Of a stretch of 32,000 nucleotides of DNA, positions 16,426-25,751 are shown piece after piece. A program made the translations under genes and the position numbers. The notes beneath the pieces are model-generated. The model ran no database searches. It was not told the origin of the DNA and saw only the letters and a program-made list of their open reading frames with translations. The stretch is taken from positions 30,001 through 62,000 of the forward strand of contig NZ_SODD01000001.1 in NCBI RefSeq assembly GCF_004365815.1. The letters run 5' to 3'. How positions within the stretch are numbered: the first letter of the stretch is position 1; each line of letters begins with the position of its first letter. The stretch comes from Breznakia blatticola (GTDB taxonomy: Bacteria; Bacillota_I; Bacilli_A; Erysipelotrichales; Erysipelotrichaceae).

Positions 16426-16719
16426 ATGAAACGTATGAAAAAAGTATTTGGAGTAGCTGCTGGTGCTTTGCTAGCTACAGGAGCTGGTGTCTTTGTTGCC
16501 ACGAAAGTGAAAGAACGCCAAGTGAAAAAAGCCTTTTCACAAAAAGATCCAGAAGAGCTTATCAATACATTGAAAGAAGCTGAATTATTACTAGATTTTG
16601 CTGGTGATGATATGGATGAAGAAACTAAGGCAAAATTTGAAAAAGCCAAAGCAAAACTAACAACAAAAGTTGGACAAGATAAAATCGTTCACGTTGTTGA
16701 AGAAAAACTAGAAAAATAA
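16426..16719 (+). CDS. Small N-terminally membrane-anchored protein (YtxH-like architecture), function unknown
   Basis: MKRMKKVFGVAAGALLATGAGVFVA hydrophobic N-terminus followed by a charged helical tail. RBS GAAAGGGG 7 nt upstream. Confidence 0.6.
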   Translation: MKRMKKVFGVAAGALLATGAGVFVATKVKERQVKKAFSQKDPEELINTLKEAELLLDFAGDDMDEETKAKFEKAKAKLTTKVGQDKIVHVVEEKLEK

Positions 16720-16724
16720 GCATG

Positions 16725-16760
16725 AAAAAAGCAATACCTCTTTGTAGCGTATTGCTTTTC
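16725..16760. terminator. Bidirectional rho-independent terminator
   Basis: GCAATAC (16731-16737) pairs with GTATTGC (16749-16755). Flanked by an A-run and a T-run, between convergent genes. Confidence 0.7.
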
Positions 16761-17921
16761 TTATGCATAATAACCAGCGATGTATCCACTGATAAAGGCA
16801 ATGGATATATTATATCCTCCAGTATACCCATGAACATCCATCATCTCACCTGCAAAGGATATACATGGATGTATTTTTGATTGCATCGTTTTTGGATCAA
16901 TATCTTTAATACGTACTCCACCATCACTCACAAATGCCTGTTGCAGGCCTCGGGTTGTATAAACACTCAAGGCAAAGCGTTTGATATGAAGTGCTTTATC
17001 ACCGGTCATCGTATCGACATATTGTAGAAAACGTTTCGGTAATCCATAGGTTTTTGCTAAACTAAATAATCCATCTTCTTTGATTTGTTTTGCAAGTTGC
17101 TCACTACTTACATCAGGTAAAAAATCAATCGCTAAAGTGATGGGACCTTTTTGCAGTAGTTTATTTATATGACTACTTGCACGTAGAGCTCCAGGACCAG
17201 AAATTCCAAAATGTGTAAAAATCAAATCATGACGAACTAGATCTTTGTATTTATTATTCTTCTTTATCTTGATTTTAACATCATGAAATGATAATCCTTG
17301 AAGTTCTTTACTCTGGATGCAAGCATCATTACTGACGAGTGATACCTCTGCTGGTAGTATATCTGTAATGCTGTGATCTACTTGTGTAGCTAATTCATAG
17401 CCAAGTCCATCACTTCCTGTATCTGGATAGCTTTTTCCTCCGCACGCCAAGATGAGATGCTCAAAAGGAAAAACATCTTGGTTGGTGATGACTTTCTTAT
17501 GTTGCAAATCAATACGTTCGACTTTTTGTTGGTATATAATCATTACCCCCAAATCTTTGAGCGTGTTACGTAATAATGCAATTACATCTTCTGCTTTTTC
17601 CGTGATTGGAAATAAGCGATGATGATCTTCTTCTTTGAATGGTAAACCCGCATCCAAGAAAAACTGTTCAATGTCATCAAGTGTAAATTGATGAATTGCA
17701 CTATATAGAAACTTTCCATTACGGATCGTATCTTTAATAAACTGTTCGTCTGAAACACGCACGCTTAAATTACAGCGTCCTCCACCACTTAATGCTAGTT
17801 TTTTTCCAAGTGTGTGATTGCGCTCTAAAAGATATACTTCTGTATCAGGATGATGTTTTTTGGCGGATATAGCTGCCATCATACCAGCTGGTCCACCACC
17901 TACAATTACGATATTTCTCAT
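16761..17921 (-). CDS. NAD(P)/FAD-dependent oxidoreductase, HI0933/YhiN/BaiN family
   Basis: IVIVGGGPAGMMAA dinucleotide fold and GGGRCNLS motif. Start placed at ATG 17921 (MRNIVIVGGG); the track start at 17957 is a GTG with no RBS. Start is uncertain. Confidence 0.85.
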   Translation of the reverse strand: MRNIVIVGGGPAGMMAAISAKKHHPDTEVYLLERNHTLGKKLALSGGGRCNLSVRVSDEQFIKDTIRNGKFLYSAIHQFTLDDIEQFFLDAGLPFKEEDHHRLFPITEKAEDVIALLRNTLKDLGVMIIYQQKVERIDLQHKKVITNQDVFPFEHLILACGGKSYPDTGSDGLGYELATQVDHSITDILPAEVSLVSNDACIQSKELQGLSFHDVKIKIKKNNKYKDLVRHDLIFTHFGISGPGALRASSHINKLLQKGPITLAIDFLPDVSSEQLAKQIKEDGLFSLAKTYGLPKRFLQYVDTMTGDKALHIKRFALSVYTTRGLQQAFVSDGGVRIKDIDPKTMQSKIHPCISFAGEMMDVHGYTGGYNISIAFISGYIAGYYA

Positions 17922-17965
17922 GTGCCCATTATAACAAAAAGTAGCGTCCAAAGACACTACTTACT

Positions 17966-18178
17966 TTACTCATCAATAATGATATAGAGAATGAATAATG
18001 CAATCAAAATTACAACTGGTGAAAAGAAGAAATTCACAATGTTTAAAATGGTCTTTAAAACCCATAAGACAAACATTATTACAAGAAATGGAATTGCAAA
18101 GCGAATAATTGCCGTGCCATAATCTTCTTGTCTCCACGCGTTAACAATGCTTTGTATATACGTGTTAAACGCACGCAT
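17966..18178 (-). CDS. Small two-TM membrane protein, unknown function
   Basis: 70 aa with two hydrophobic helices. 1-nt stop/start overlap with the dCMP deaminase gene. Confidence 0.5.
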   Translation of the reverse strand: MRAFNTYIQSIVNAWRQEDYGTAIIRFAIPFLVIMFVLWVLKTILNIVNFFFSPVVILIALFILYIIIDE

Positions 18179-18663
18179 TAGACATTGTCCTCAATATCAA
18201 TGTGAATCGTATAACGCTTTGGTAATTTGTCATAAGTTACACATGCTGCATCAAACATTTTGCGTGAAGCAATTGCACCATCACTGGTCCAGTTTTTATC
18301 GCACTCATATACGACACGCGTAATTCCTGCTTGAATGATTGCTTTTGCACATTCATTGCATGGAAATAGCGATACATATAATGTACAATTACGTAAATCT
18401 GCACCACTGTTTAAAATCGCATTTAATTCTGCATGGACAACATATGGATATTTTGTATCTAAGTTATCCCCTACTTTTCCCCAAGGGAACTCATCATCAT
18501 CGCATCCTTTAGGCAAACCGTTGTAGCCAATTCCTACAACTTTTTTGTCTTGAGAAACAATACAAGCCCCCACTTGTGTGTTTGGATCTTTACTACGCAA
18601 AGCACTTAAATGTGCTAAGCCAATGAAGTATTCATCCCACGATAAATAATTTTCACGTTTCAT
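18178..18663 (-). CDS. comEB: dCMP (deoxycytidylate) deaminase
   Basis: Zinc-binding motifs HAELNAI and PCNECAKAI. 161 aa. Confidence 0.9.
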   Translation of the reverse strand: MKRENYLSWDEYFIGLAHLSALRSKDPNTQVGACIVSQDKKVVGIGYNGLPKGCDDDEFPWGKVGDNLDTKYPYVVHAELNAILNSGADLRNCTLYVSLFPCNECAKAIIQAGITRVVYECDKNWTSDGAIASRKMFDAACVTYDKLPKRYTIHIDIEDNV

Positions 18664-18665
18664 TT

Positions 18666-19916
18666 CTATTCCTCCGGTAAATAATGAATCAATTGATTTT
18701 CTAGATAGTTAGCATATCCATCTAGATTTATATATTCTAAGTCTTTGATGACTTGTTGATTTGTGTTGTAGTAAACATTTACATTATTTCTAGGTTGAAT
18801 GGCAAAATAGGCAGCCACAAGTACAATAATACTCATACTAATTGCAACGTGAATTTTATATGGTTTGTAGCGGCGTGCATGTGAGAACAAAAATGCGATT
18901 CCTACTCCTACAATAAATCCACCTAAATGTCCAGTTAATGAGATTCCTGGCATTAATGAAATTAAAATATTGATTAATACTACTTGAATCACACTATTGC
19001 GAATTTGTGGAATACGGATCATATCATTTTCAATAATTGATAATAAATATGCCCCTAACAATCCATAAAGTCCCCCAGAGATTCCCACCATCAATGGTGT
19101 TGGACTTACAATGTAAGTTAGTAATCCCCCACCAATAATTGAAGCTAGTAAAATCACTAGAAATTGTTTGCGTGTATACACACGTTGCAAGTAATTACCT
19201 AAATAATACAACGACATCATATTCACAAACAAGTGAATAATGTCAGCATGTAAAAATCCATACGTTAAAAAGCGCCAGTATTCATGTGCACCACTAATAA
19301 AGTTCGTATAGTATGCACCACATAATATAAGTGTACTATTCCAATCATTACCAGGCACATTTGAAAGCACTTGACCTAGAATGAACTGTAAAGCATAAAT
19401 AAGTATACAAATTGCCATTATTCCAAGTGTGAACTTAGGAATACTTTTACGTTTTGCCTCTTTTGCCTTCTTCATTTGGAATGCTTCAATGTTACGGTTG
19501 ATTTGCGCTACTGCTTCGTCGTTATTTTCTACTGGATGCACATATTCCTTCAATTTAGGAAACGCTTCATCTAGACGAACAGGAAGTGGCTCATAACTAA
19601 TCGTAATTTGACTAAAGTTTTCCTCTTGGAAATTCACACTTTCAGGATTACTGTTAATAATAATGATTTCGCTTTGCATTTCTTTGGCGAACATAAATTG
19701 TCCTAAAAAGGATTTTACACGGTTTAAATAATCTTTTTCAAAAACAATGGATGAACTAACTTTCGAAGTCAATCGAATAATAGGAAAATGTGGGTTATCT
19801 TTATTCGTTAGCCATAGATCTTTCTTTTGTCCTTGAAAGCGAATGATATGGTATCCATAATTTGCAACCAAACAATCCATGACTTGGTATAACATCACAT
19901 CTCTATTTTCAATCAT
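18666..19916 (-). CDS. Rhomboid family intramembrane serine protease with a long N-terminal cytoplasmic domain
   Basis: Catalytic GISGGLYGLLGA (Ser) and GHLGGFIVG (His). About 165 aa precede the first TM helix. Confidence 0.85.
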   Translation of the reverse strand: MIENRDVMLYQVMDCLVANYGYHIIRFQGQKKDLWLTNKDNPHFPIIRLTSKVSSSIVFEKDYLNRVKSFLGQFMFAKEMQSEIIIINSNPESVNFQEENFSQITISYEPLPVRLDEAFPKLKEYVHPVENNDEAVAQINRNIEAFQMKKAKEAKRKSIPKFTLGIMAICILIYALQFILGQVLSNVPGNDWNSTLILCGAYYTNFISGAHEYWRFLTYGFLHADIIHLFVNMMSLYYLGNYLQRVYTRKQFLVILLASIIGGGLLTYIVSPTPLMVGISGGLYGLLGAYLLSIIENDMIRIPQIRNSVIQVVLINILISLMPGISLTGHLGGFIVGVGIAFLFSHARRYKPYKIHVAISMSIIVLVAAYFAIQPRNNVNVYYNTNQQVIKDLEYINLDGYANYLENQLIHYLPEE

Positions 19917-20827
19917 AGTTCCTCCGTCTCTAAGTTATGTAGTACATCTAAGAATACTTGAGGAAGCTCACATTGGAAAGTCATACGCTCATTTGTGCTT
20001 GGATGTACGAAGGTAATTTCATATGCATGTAGTAACTGTCCACCTACATCCATCGTCTTGCGATACCCATAGGTTGGATCGCCAACAATAGGGTGTTTGA
20101 TGTATTGCATATGTACCCGAATTTGGTGTGTTCTTCCAGTTTCCAGTGAACACTCAACAAGTGTGTAATCATGAAAACATTCTAACACTTTAAAATGCGT
20201 AATAGCATCTTTACTGTTATGTTCAGTAATCGCCATACGTTTACGATCTTTGACATCACGACCAATAGGCGCATCAATTGTTCCATAGTCGTGTTCTAAA
20301 ACACCATGAACAAGTGCTTTATATTTACGTGATACACTTTTATCCTTTAACTGTTCACTAAGCGAAAGGTGTGCTTTATCATTTTTGGCAATCAGTAAAA
20401 GCCCACTTGTATCTTTATCAATACGGTGTACAATCCCTGGACGTAATACCCCATTGATTCCACTTAAATCTTTACAGTGGTATAAAACTGCATTTACAAG
20501 CGTTCCTTTTAAATTCCCAACTGCTGGATGTACGACCATACCTCTTGGTTTATTTATAACCATTAAATCACTATCTTCATAGACAATTTCAATTGGGATG
20601 TTTTCTGCTTCTACTTCAAGAACTTCATCATCAGGAATCACCACTGTAATCACATCATCTACTTTTACTTTATAGTTTGCTTTTACTGGATTTCCTTGAA
20701 CTAAAATATGTCCATCTTTAATTAAACTTTGTACACGACTACGAGAAAAATCATAAGCATCACTTAATAACTTATCAATTCGTGTATTTTGGTGTTCTTC
20801 TTTTACAATAATTTCTTCTCTAGTCAT
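19913..20827 (-). CDS. rluD: RluA-family 23S rRNA pseudouridine synthase (RluD-like)
   Basis: S4-like N-terminus and catalytic HRIDKDTSGLLL. Follows lspA, a common arrangement in Firmicutes. Confidence 0.92.
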   Translation of the reverse strand: MTREEIIVKEEHQNTRIDKLLSDAYDFSRSRVQSLIKDGHILVQGNPVKANYKVKVDDVITVVIPDDEVLEVEAENIPIEIVYEDSDLMVINKPRGMVVHPAVGNLKGTLVNAVLYHCKDLSGINGVLRPGIVHRIDKDTSGLLLIAKNDKAHLSLSEQLKDKSVSRKYKALVHGVLEHDYGTIDAPIGRDVKDRKRMAITEHNSKDAITHFKVLECFHDYTLVECSLETGRTHQIRVHMQYIKHPIVGDPTYGYRKTMDVGGQLLHAYEITFVHPSTNERMTFQCELPQVFLDVLHNLETEEL

Positions 20828-21302
20828 TTGTTTTTACCCCATATACATCTAATAATTCAAATAGCAACAATAAGGAAATTCCAATGACTAAACACATATC
20901 TGCGACATTGAATACAGGAAAGTCATAACCAAGTAGATTAAAATCTAAAAAGTCTGTAACATATCCCATTTGTAAGCGATCAATAAAGTTTCCAATCGTT
21001 CCTGAAATCATCAGGGTAATGGCAACACTTGACATCAACTTATCTTTCCATGTACTCCATAAAAATATAGTTAAAACGATTAATGCGACAATCGTCACAA
21101 CAAAAAACATCGTTTGTTTTCCTGAGAATAGCCCCCAAGCTGCTCCCGTATTTTGTACATGCGTGAATGAGAAAAAGCCTGGAATAATTTCATGACTTTC
21201 TCCAACATGCATCGTTGTTTCTACAATTTGTTTTGTATATTGATCGATTCCTAGGGTTGCTAGTAATACAACAATCAATATGATTCCTTTTTTTAACTTC
21301 AT
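20820..21302 (-). CDS. lspA: Lipoprotein signal peptidase II
   Basis: NTGAAWG and FNVAD motifs. 160 aa with four TM segments. Confidence 0.92.
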   Translation of the reverse strand: MKLKKGIILIVVLLATLGIDQYTKQIVETTMHVGESHEIIPGFFSFTHVQNTGAAWGLFSGKQTMFFVVTIVALIVLTIFLWSTWKDKLMSSVAITLMISGTIGNFIDRLQMGYVTDFLDFNLLGYDFPVFNVADMCLVIGISLLLLFELLDVYGVKTND

Positions 21303-21323
21303 ATGTACCTCAATCGTGTTGTC

Positions 21324-21332
21324 ATTATATCA
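21324..21332 (-). promoter_or_regulatory. Extended -10 promoter element TGaTATAAT for lspA
   Basis: Minus strand TGATATAAT, about 20 nt upstream of the GAGGT RBS and ATG 21302. Confidence 0.5.
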
Positions 21333-21342
21333 TTTTTGCCTA

Positions 21343-21372
21343 ATAGAAAAAAGCAATACTACTGTTTTGCTT
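21343..21372 (-). terminator. Putative terminator overlapping the nth stop codon
   Basis: Minus strand AGCAAAAC-AGUA-GUAUUGCU (one mismatch) followed by UUUUUUC. Confidence 0.5.
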
Positions 21373-22012
21373 TTTCTTTACGTTTATATGCTTCAAATTT
21401 ATCTTTTTTGCAAATCGACAGAAATGGACATTCTTCACATTTTGGATTTCTTGCCATACAAAAATACCGTCCAAAAAAGATAAATAATTGGTGTGCCATG
21501 TTCCATTCACTGCGTGGAATTTTGCGTTTTAATTTACGCTCTACAGTTTCTACACTATCACCAAACTTCGCAAATCCTAAACGTTTACTAATTCGTTCCA
21601 CATGTGTATCCACTGGCATTGCTGGAATATCAAAATATTCAGTTTGCATCACACTAGCGGTTTTACGTCCTACTCCTGGTAATTCCGTTAACTTTTTAAA
21701 ACTACTTGGCACATTTCCATCATAAACATCTGCTAATACTTTTGCACATGCTTTAATGTTTTTTGCTTTTGCATGATATAAGCCTAGGCGTGCAATATCT
21801 TTTTCAATGCGTTTTAAATCCCCATCAGCTAATGCTCGCGGTGTTGGAAAATGATGAAATAAAGCAGGCGTTACTTTATTTACAGCTTTATCGGTTGTTT
21901 GTGCACTTAAAATAATCGCGATGAGTAACTCGTAATCACTTGTATAATTCAATTCACAATGCGCATCTGGAAACATCTGTTGAAGTTTAGATAAGATAAA
22001 AGAGACATCCAT
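21359..22012 (-). CDS. nth: Endonuclease III
   Basis: HhH-GPD motif LPGVGRKTA. FeS cluster loop C-X6-C-X2-C-X5-C (CMARNPKCEECPFLSIC). Confidence 0.93.
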   Translation of the reverse strand: MDVSFILSKLQQMFPDAHCELNYTSDYELLIAIILSAQTTDKAVNKVTPALFHHFPTPRALADGDLKRIEKDIARLGLYHAKAKNIKACAKVLADVYDGNVPSSFKKLTELPGVGRKTASVMQTEYFDIPAMPVDTHVERISKRLGFAKFGDSVETVERKLKRKIPRSEWNMAHQLFIFFGRYFCMARNPKCEECPFLSICKKDKFEAYKRKEKAKQ

Positions 22013-22554
22013 TAGCGATCTCCCTTTTCATAATCTTCTTTTGTGAATCCTTTATTTTTCCATGCACGTAAAATTGCTTCTACGTATTCCATTTTCACCT
22101 TATTGTAAACAATGGCTTCACGAAGTGCATAATCAATCAATTGTAAATCATAAATCGTCATCCATTCACTGAGTTTCGCAGTTTCACTTTGACTAAGTGG
22201 ACGACCAAAACTATCTTCATATAGTTCAAATAAATCCATGAATTGTTTTTTATTCACCGGTTCATTATTGATGGACATCGTAAATAACTGATCCATGTTA
22301 TATACAACTTTACCATTGACCATTTCCATTTCCAAATATCCAACTTGGATTACATTGGCAATTAGTTCATCTACTTCTTCCATGCTAAGTCCTAAGTTTT
22401 CGCTAGCAAGTTCCATCGTAAATTCCATTTGAAACTCATTACAAAAATCAATGTATAAAAGTAGAAATGCTTCTTGAATCGTAATATCTAAATGTTTTAT
22501 TTCACTCAAGATATAATTCCGGTGATTAAAATATGGCATTTTTGCGATATTCAT
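22012..22554 (-). CDS. dnaD: DnaD domain replication initiation protein
   Basis: C-terminal DnaD-domain pattern FGRPLSQSETAKLSEWM...LIDYALREA. dnaD-nth synteny as in Bacillus subtilis. Confidence 0.8.
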   Translation of the reverse strand: MNIAKMPYFNHRNYILSEIKHLDITIQEAFLLLYIDFCNEFQMEFTMELASENLGLSMEEVDELIANVIQVGYLEMEMVNGKVVYNMDQLFTMSINNEPVNKKQFMDLFELYEDSFGRPLSQSETAKLSEWMTIYDLQLIDYALREAIVYNKVKMEYVEAILRAWKNKGFTKEDYEKGDR

Positions 22555-23009
22555 TAGCGTTGTCCTCCATTATAAAATAAGACTTCATAGCTATCAAAGT
22601 CGATAACTAGCATTGTGCTACCTACTTCTGCTACATAAGCAACCCCTTCATATCCATATCCGATTTCCACACGTACATCCTTGAATTCATCATAGGTTTG
22701 CACAATTTCATTTGCTTTTTGAAAATCAACATCGCTTTTCTTGCGACTTGCGATTTTCTTTGCGTTTTCATCATAGATGGTATATGCACTATCACTTTCA
22801 CAAGTAAAAGTTACATAACGAAAACTGTGACGCACAACTTGCTCACAAGCTTTATTCTTAGTTTCTATTTTACTTATGATGTTTTGATTTACTTCTTCAT
22901 TTTTCATTACCGGACCACTCACGAATATCCCCATAAATGAGACGATAATGATCAAAAGCAAGAAAACGATAAAAGCTGTTAAACCAAATCGACGAAACAT
23001 ATCTCGCAT
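22554..23009 (-). CDS. N-terminally anchored membrane protein, YpmB/TseB-like (PepSY-type) by architecture and synteny
   Basis: Single N-terminal TM (LTAFIVFLLLIIIVSFMGIFV) plus about 115 aa extracytoplasmic domain. Sits upstream of dnaD-nth, as ypmB does in B. subtilis. No sequence motif was recognised. Confidence 0.45.
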   Translation of the reverse strand: MRDMFRRFGLTAFIVFLLLIIIVSFMGIFVSGPVMKNEEVNQNIISKIETKNKACEQVVRHSFRYVTFTCESDSAYTIYDENAKKIASRKKSDVDFQKANEIVQTYDEFKDVRVEIGYGYEGVAYVAEVGSTMLVIDFDSYEVLFYNGGQR

Positions 23010-23011
23010 AG

Positions 23012-23692
23012 TTAACTTCTTTCTACAAATTTCTCTACGAAGTCAGCATTTTGTTTTGTGGCATTTGCCAAGTTTACTTCATAGTCATTTTCACTATTAT
23101 CTAAACATACGGTATCAGAAATAGCGCGTATTACGATACAAGGAATGTCTTGTTTATTACAAACACGTGAAATCGCTCCACTTTCCATTTCACAAGCAAT
23201 AACATTTGTGAAATGACGATTGATGGAATTGATTTGTGATTTCTTTGATACAAACTGGTCTCCACTTGCAATGGTCCCAACATGTAAATTTCCATTTCCA
23301 ATTTCAGGCCAAATCTTTTGCGCAAGTTGAATTAGAGTTACATATGAATATGAGTATTCTCCATATCCTTTATCCCCATCAATTGCACTTGTATCAAAAT
23401 CATGTTGTACAAGTTTATCACCAACAACAATGTCTAGTATTTTTTGATCCTCAGTAAATCCACCTGCAACACCTGTACTTAAAACGTAACGTACTTTATA
23501 TTGGCAAAGTAAAATTGCTGTTGTCATTGCAGCTTGTACTTTTCCAATTCCACTTTGTGCAAGTAAAACACGTTTTCCTGCTAGCTTTCCTTCAATTACA
23601 GGAATTTCCATTACTTTTTTTCTTTTCACACCAGTCATCTTTTGACTTATTGCTTCAACTTCACTACTCATAGCCGCTATAATACAAATCAT
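23012..23692 (-). CDS. mtnN: 5'-methylthioadenosine/S-adenosylhomocysteine nucleosidase
   Basis: IIAAMSSE, GIGKVQAAMT and CEMESGAI motifs. Start moved to ATG 23692 (AGGAGG 7 nt upstream, ATGA overlap with the upstream stop); the track start is a TTG. Confidence 0.9.
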   Translation of the reverse strand: MICIIAAMSSEVEAISQKMTGVKRKKVMEIPVIEGKLAGKRVLLAQSGIGKVQAAMTTAILLCQYKVRYVLSTGVAGGFTEDQKILDIVVGDKLVQHDFDTSAIDGDKGYGEYSYSYVTLIQLAQKIWPEIGNGNLHVGTIASGDQFVSKKSQINSINRHFTNVIACEMESGAISRVCNKQDIPCIVIRAISDTVCLDNSENDYEVNLANATKQNADFVEKFVERS

Positions 23693-24420
23693 GCTATGAC
23701 CTCCTTTCGACAAACATAGAAATATTTTTCACCTTCTTGGATTCCTGGTTGTACAAAATCTGTATAGATTTCAACTTGGAATCCCAATTCGGTAAGTATA
23801 CTTGTAATTTGATTTGGGTTAAATACCCATTGTTCATGATGTTCATACTGTGTCGAACCATCTTTTTCATAAAATACAAAGTTATGTAACAAGCGATTTT
23901 CATCACTTATAATACTCCAAATAAAATCTGTATCATCTACTTTTCCTGCTTCATAGAACTCTTCTTTGAATTCATCCAAACGGTCTAGTGCATGCATATC
24001 AAATAGAAAGATGCCATCATCTTCAAGATGGTCATAGACTTGTTTCAAAACAGATGCAATATGTTGTTCATCGATGTAATTCATACTATCGCAGTAACAA
24101 ATTACAGTATCATAGATACCTGCTTGGCTCATATCATACATATTCATGTATGCATAATCAACAAGTCCTTCTACATCTTTCTTACGTGCTTCATCAAGCA
24201 TTTGATTAGATAAATCGGTTGCGACAAGTTGATATCCTGTTTTTGCTAATGCTAAAGAGATTTCTCCAGAGCCACAGGCAAGTTCTAACATGTTTTTTCC
24301 TTTTGCATATTTTTTGGTAAAGTCTACATATGCTTGAGTTGCATCATCATCTTTGACCAAACTATCATAATGCTTTGCCAGTTGGTTATACATGGGTTTC
24401 CAATCTTGGTAAATCACCAT
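23689..24420 (-). CDS. Class I SAM-dependent methyltransferase
   Basis: SAM-binding motif LELACGSGEISLALA...VATDLS. The start could be ATG 24393 (MYNQLAKHYD) rather than 24420. Confidence 0.8.
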   Translation of the reverse strand: MVIYQDWKPMYNQLAKHYDSLVKDDDATQAYVDFTKKYAKGKNMLELACGSGEISLALAKTGYQLVATDLSNQMLDEARKKDVEGLVDYAYMNMYDMSQAGIYDTVICYCDSMNYIDEQHIASVLKQVYDHLEDDGIFLFDMHALDRLDEFKEEFYEAGKVDDTDFIWSIISDENRLLHNFVFYEKDGSTQYEHHEQWVFNPNQITSILTELGFQVEIYTDFVQPGIQEGEKYFYVCRKEVIA

Positions 24421-24742
24421 ATAAGCGTTCTAATTTATAAACACTTCGTTCTTCATCTAAGAAGACATGGACGATTACTTCATCCGCATCGATTAAAATC
24501 CAACGTGAATTCTTATCCCCTTCAAAGTGGTGGATACGTAGATCGTTTTCTTTTAATGCATCTTCAATATTACTTGCAATGGCATACACTTGGCGTAAGT
24601 TATCTGCGCTTGTAATGATCACACGATCAATAAATGGGTTTAGTGATGTAAAATCATACATCATTACATCTTCCCCTTTTGTGTTTGCGATTGCTTCAAG
24701 TATCACTTGTACTTTATTTTCCATCATTGTATTGTTCTCCAT
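24386..24742 (-). CDS. rsfS: Ribosome silencing factor RsfS (iojap)
   Basis: VIITSADNLRQVYAIASNIEDALK...WILIDADEVIVHVF. The start may be one of the Met codons at 24727 or 24724. Confidence 0.88.
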   Translation of the reverse strand: MENNTMMENKVQVILEAIANTKGEDVMMYDFTSLNPFIDRVIITSADNLRQVYAIASNIEDALKENDLRIHHFEGDKNSRWILIDADEVIVHVFLDEERSVYKLERLYGDLPRLETHV

Positions 24743-25751
24743 AATATATTGCTTGATCTTTCTTTACTGCTTCATATCCTTTGTGGATATCTTGTTTACT
24801 TAATTCAATAAATGCAGATGTATCATAATCCCGCAAAGGATCACACTTATCTGCTACATATAATAGTTTAGCATAAACGGACTGACTATTTCCTAAGACA
24901 TGGTGCGCAATGGCTTCTAAAAGCTGTTTATTTTGCAAATGCAAGTAATGCTCACATACATATGCTCCCATAAATCCATGCCAAATACTCTCTTTTTGTT
25001 TTGCGACTTCTGGTGCAAGTTCTTGTAAAATCTTCAAACTATCTTCTTTATTAATTATCTTAAATTCTTTATTAATATCATGATAATAACCCATCAAGTA
25101 TGCAAGTGTAGCATCAAGTTGATTACAAGTTGCTAGTTCTTTGCATACTGTTGCTACTGATACAGAGTGTTGATAGCGATACTCACTCATTGCATGTTTT
25201 AATATATCTTCATATAAGATATGTTTGCTGAAGTAATTTACAACTGCAGGATCCACATGACACAATTTTCCATTACGTATTTCACTAGAACTAATTGGAA
25301 TATCTTCCATTTGCAAATACGTCAGTGTATATGGACTTTCACTTTTCTTTCCATCGCGGGCAAAGGCACATAAATTCACCATCTTTTGTAGCTGGTCAAT
25401 ATCTTTCCAAGCATGTAGTTGTTCTACCTGGTCGTTTCCTAAAATAAAGTAGAACGTATCCTTTGGATACAGTGTTTTTAGTTTTCGCACAGTATCTACT
25501 GTATAGTTTTTTGATGTACTACCTTTTTCGATATCACAAATCTTGTATGCATCAATTTTGTGAAAAGCAAGTTCTAACATCTTTCTACGATCATCATAGC
25601 TTGTTAGTTTTCGGTCTTTTAAAGGAGTTTGCTCACTTAAGACAAACCATACTTCATCTAGATGCAATTGTTGTAGTGCATGTTTTGCCATTGCCATATG
25701 TCCATCATGCACAGGATCAAAACTTCCACCTAATAAACCGATTTTTCTCAT
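24714..25751 (-). CDS. nadD: Fusion protein: nicotinate-nucleotide adenylyltransferase NadD (N-terminal) plus YqeK HD-domain phosphohydrolase (C-terminal)
   Basis: GGSFDPVHDGH (HxGH) and ISSSEIR in the first ~190 aa. HD-domain residues (YQHSVSVA, YYHDINK) in the C-terminal ~155 aa. Confidence 0.88.
   Translation of the reverse strand: MRKIGLLGGSFDPVHDGHMAMAKHALQQLHLDEVWFVLSEQTPLKDRKLTSYDDRRKMLELAFHKIDAYKICDIEKGSTSKNYTVDTVRKLKTLYPKDTFYFILGNDQVEQLHAWKDIDQLQKMVNLCAFARDGKKSESPYTLTYLQMEDIPISSSEIRNGKLCHVDPAVVNYFSKHILYEDILKHAMSEYRYQHSVSVATVCKELATCNQLDATLAYLMGYYHDINKEFKIINKEDSLKILQELAPEVAKQKESIWHGFMGAYVCEHYLHLQNKQLLEAIAHHVLGNSQSVYAKLLYVADKCDPLRDYDTSAFIELSKQDIHKGYEAVKKDQAIYYGEQYNDGK

Noticed and set aside
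16725-21377. Shared 13-mer AAAAAAGCAATAC in the terminators at 16725-16737 and ~21347-21359.
   Set aside because: Both are short AT-rich terminator stems. The similarity does not extend beyond the hairpin arm and is most simply coincidence, not a repeat family.
21303-21725. 140-aa plus-strand ORF.
   Set aside because: It is entirely antisense to the well-supported nth gene and the lspA promoter region. It has no RBS and a low-complexity composition. It is a typical shadow ORF.
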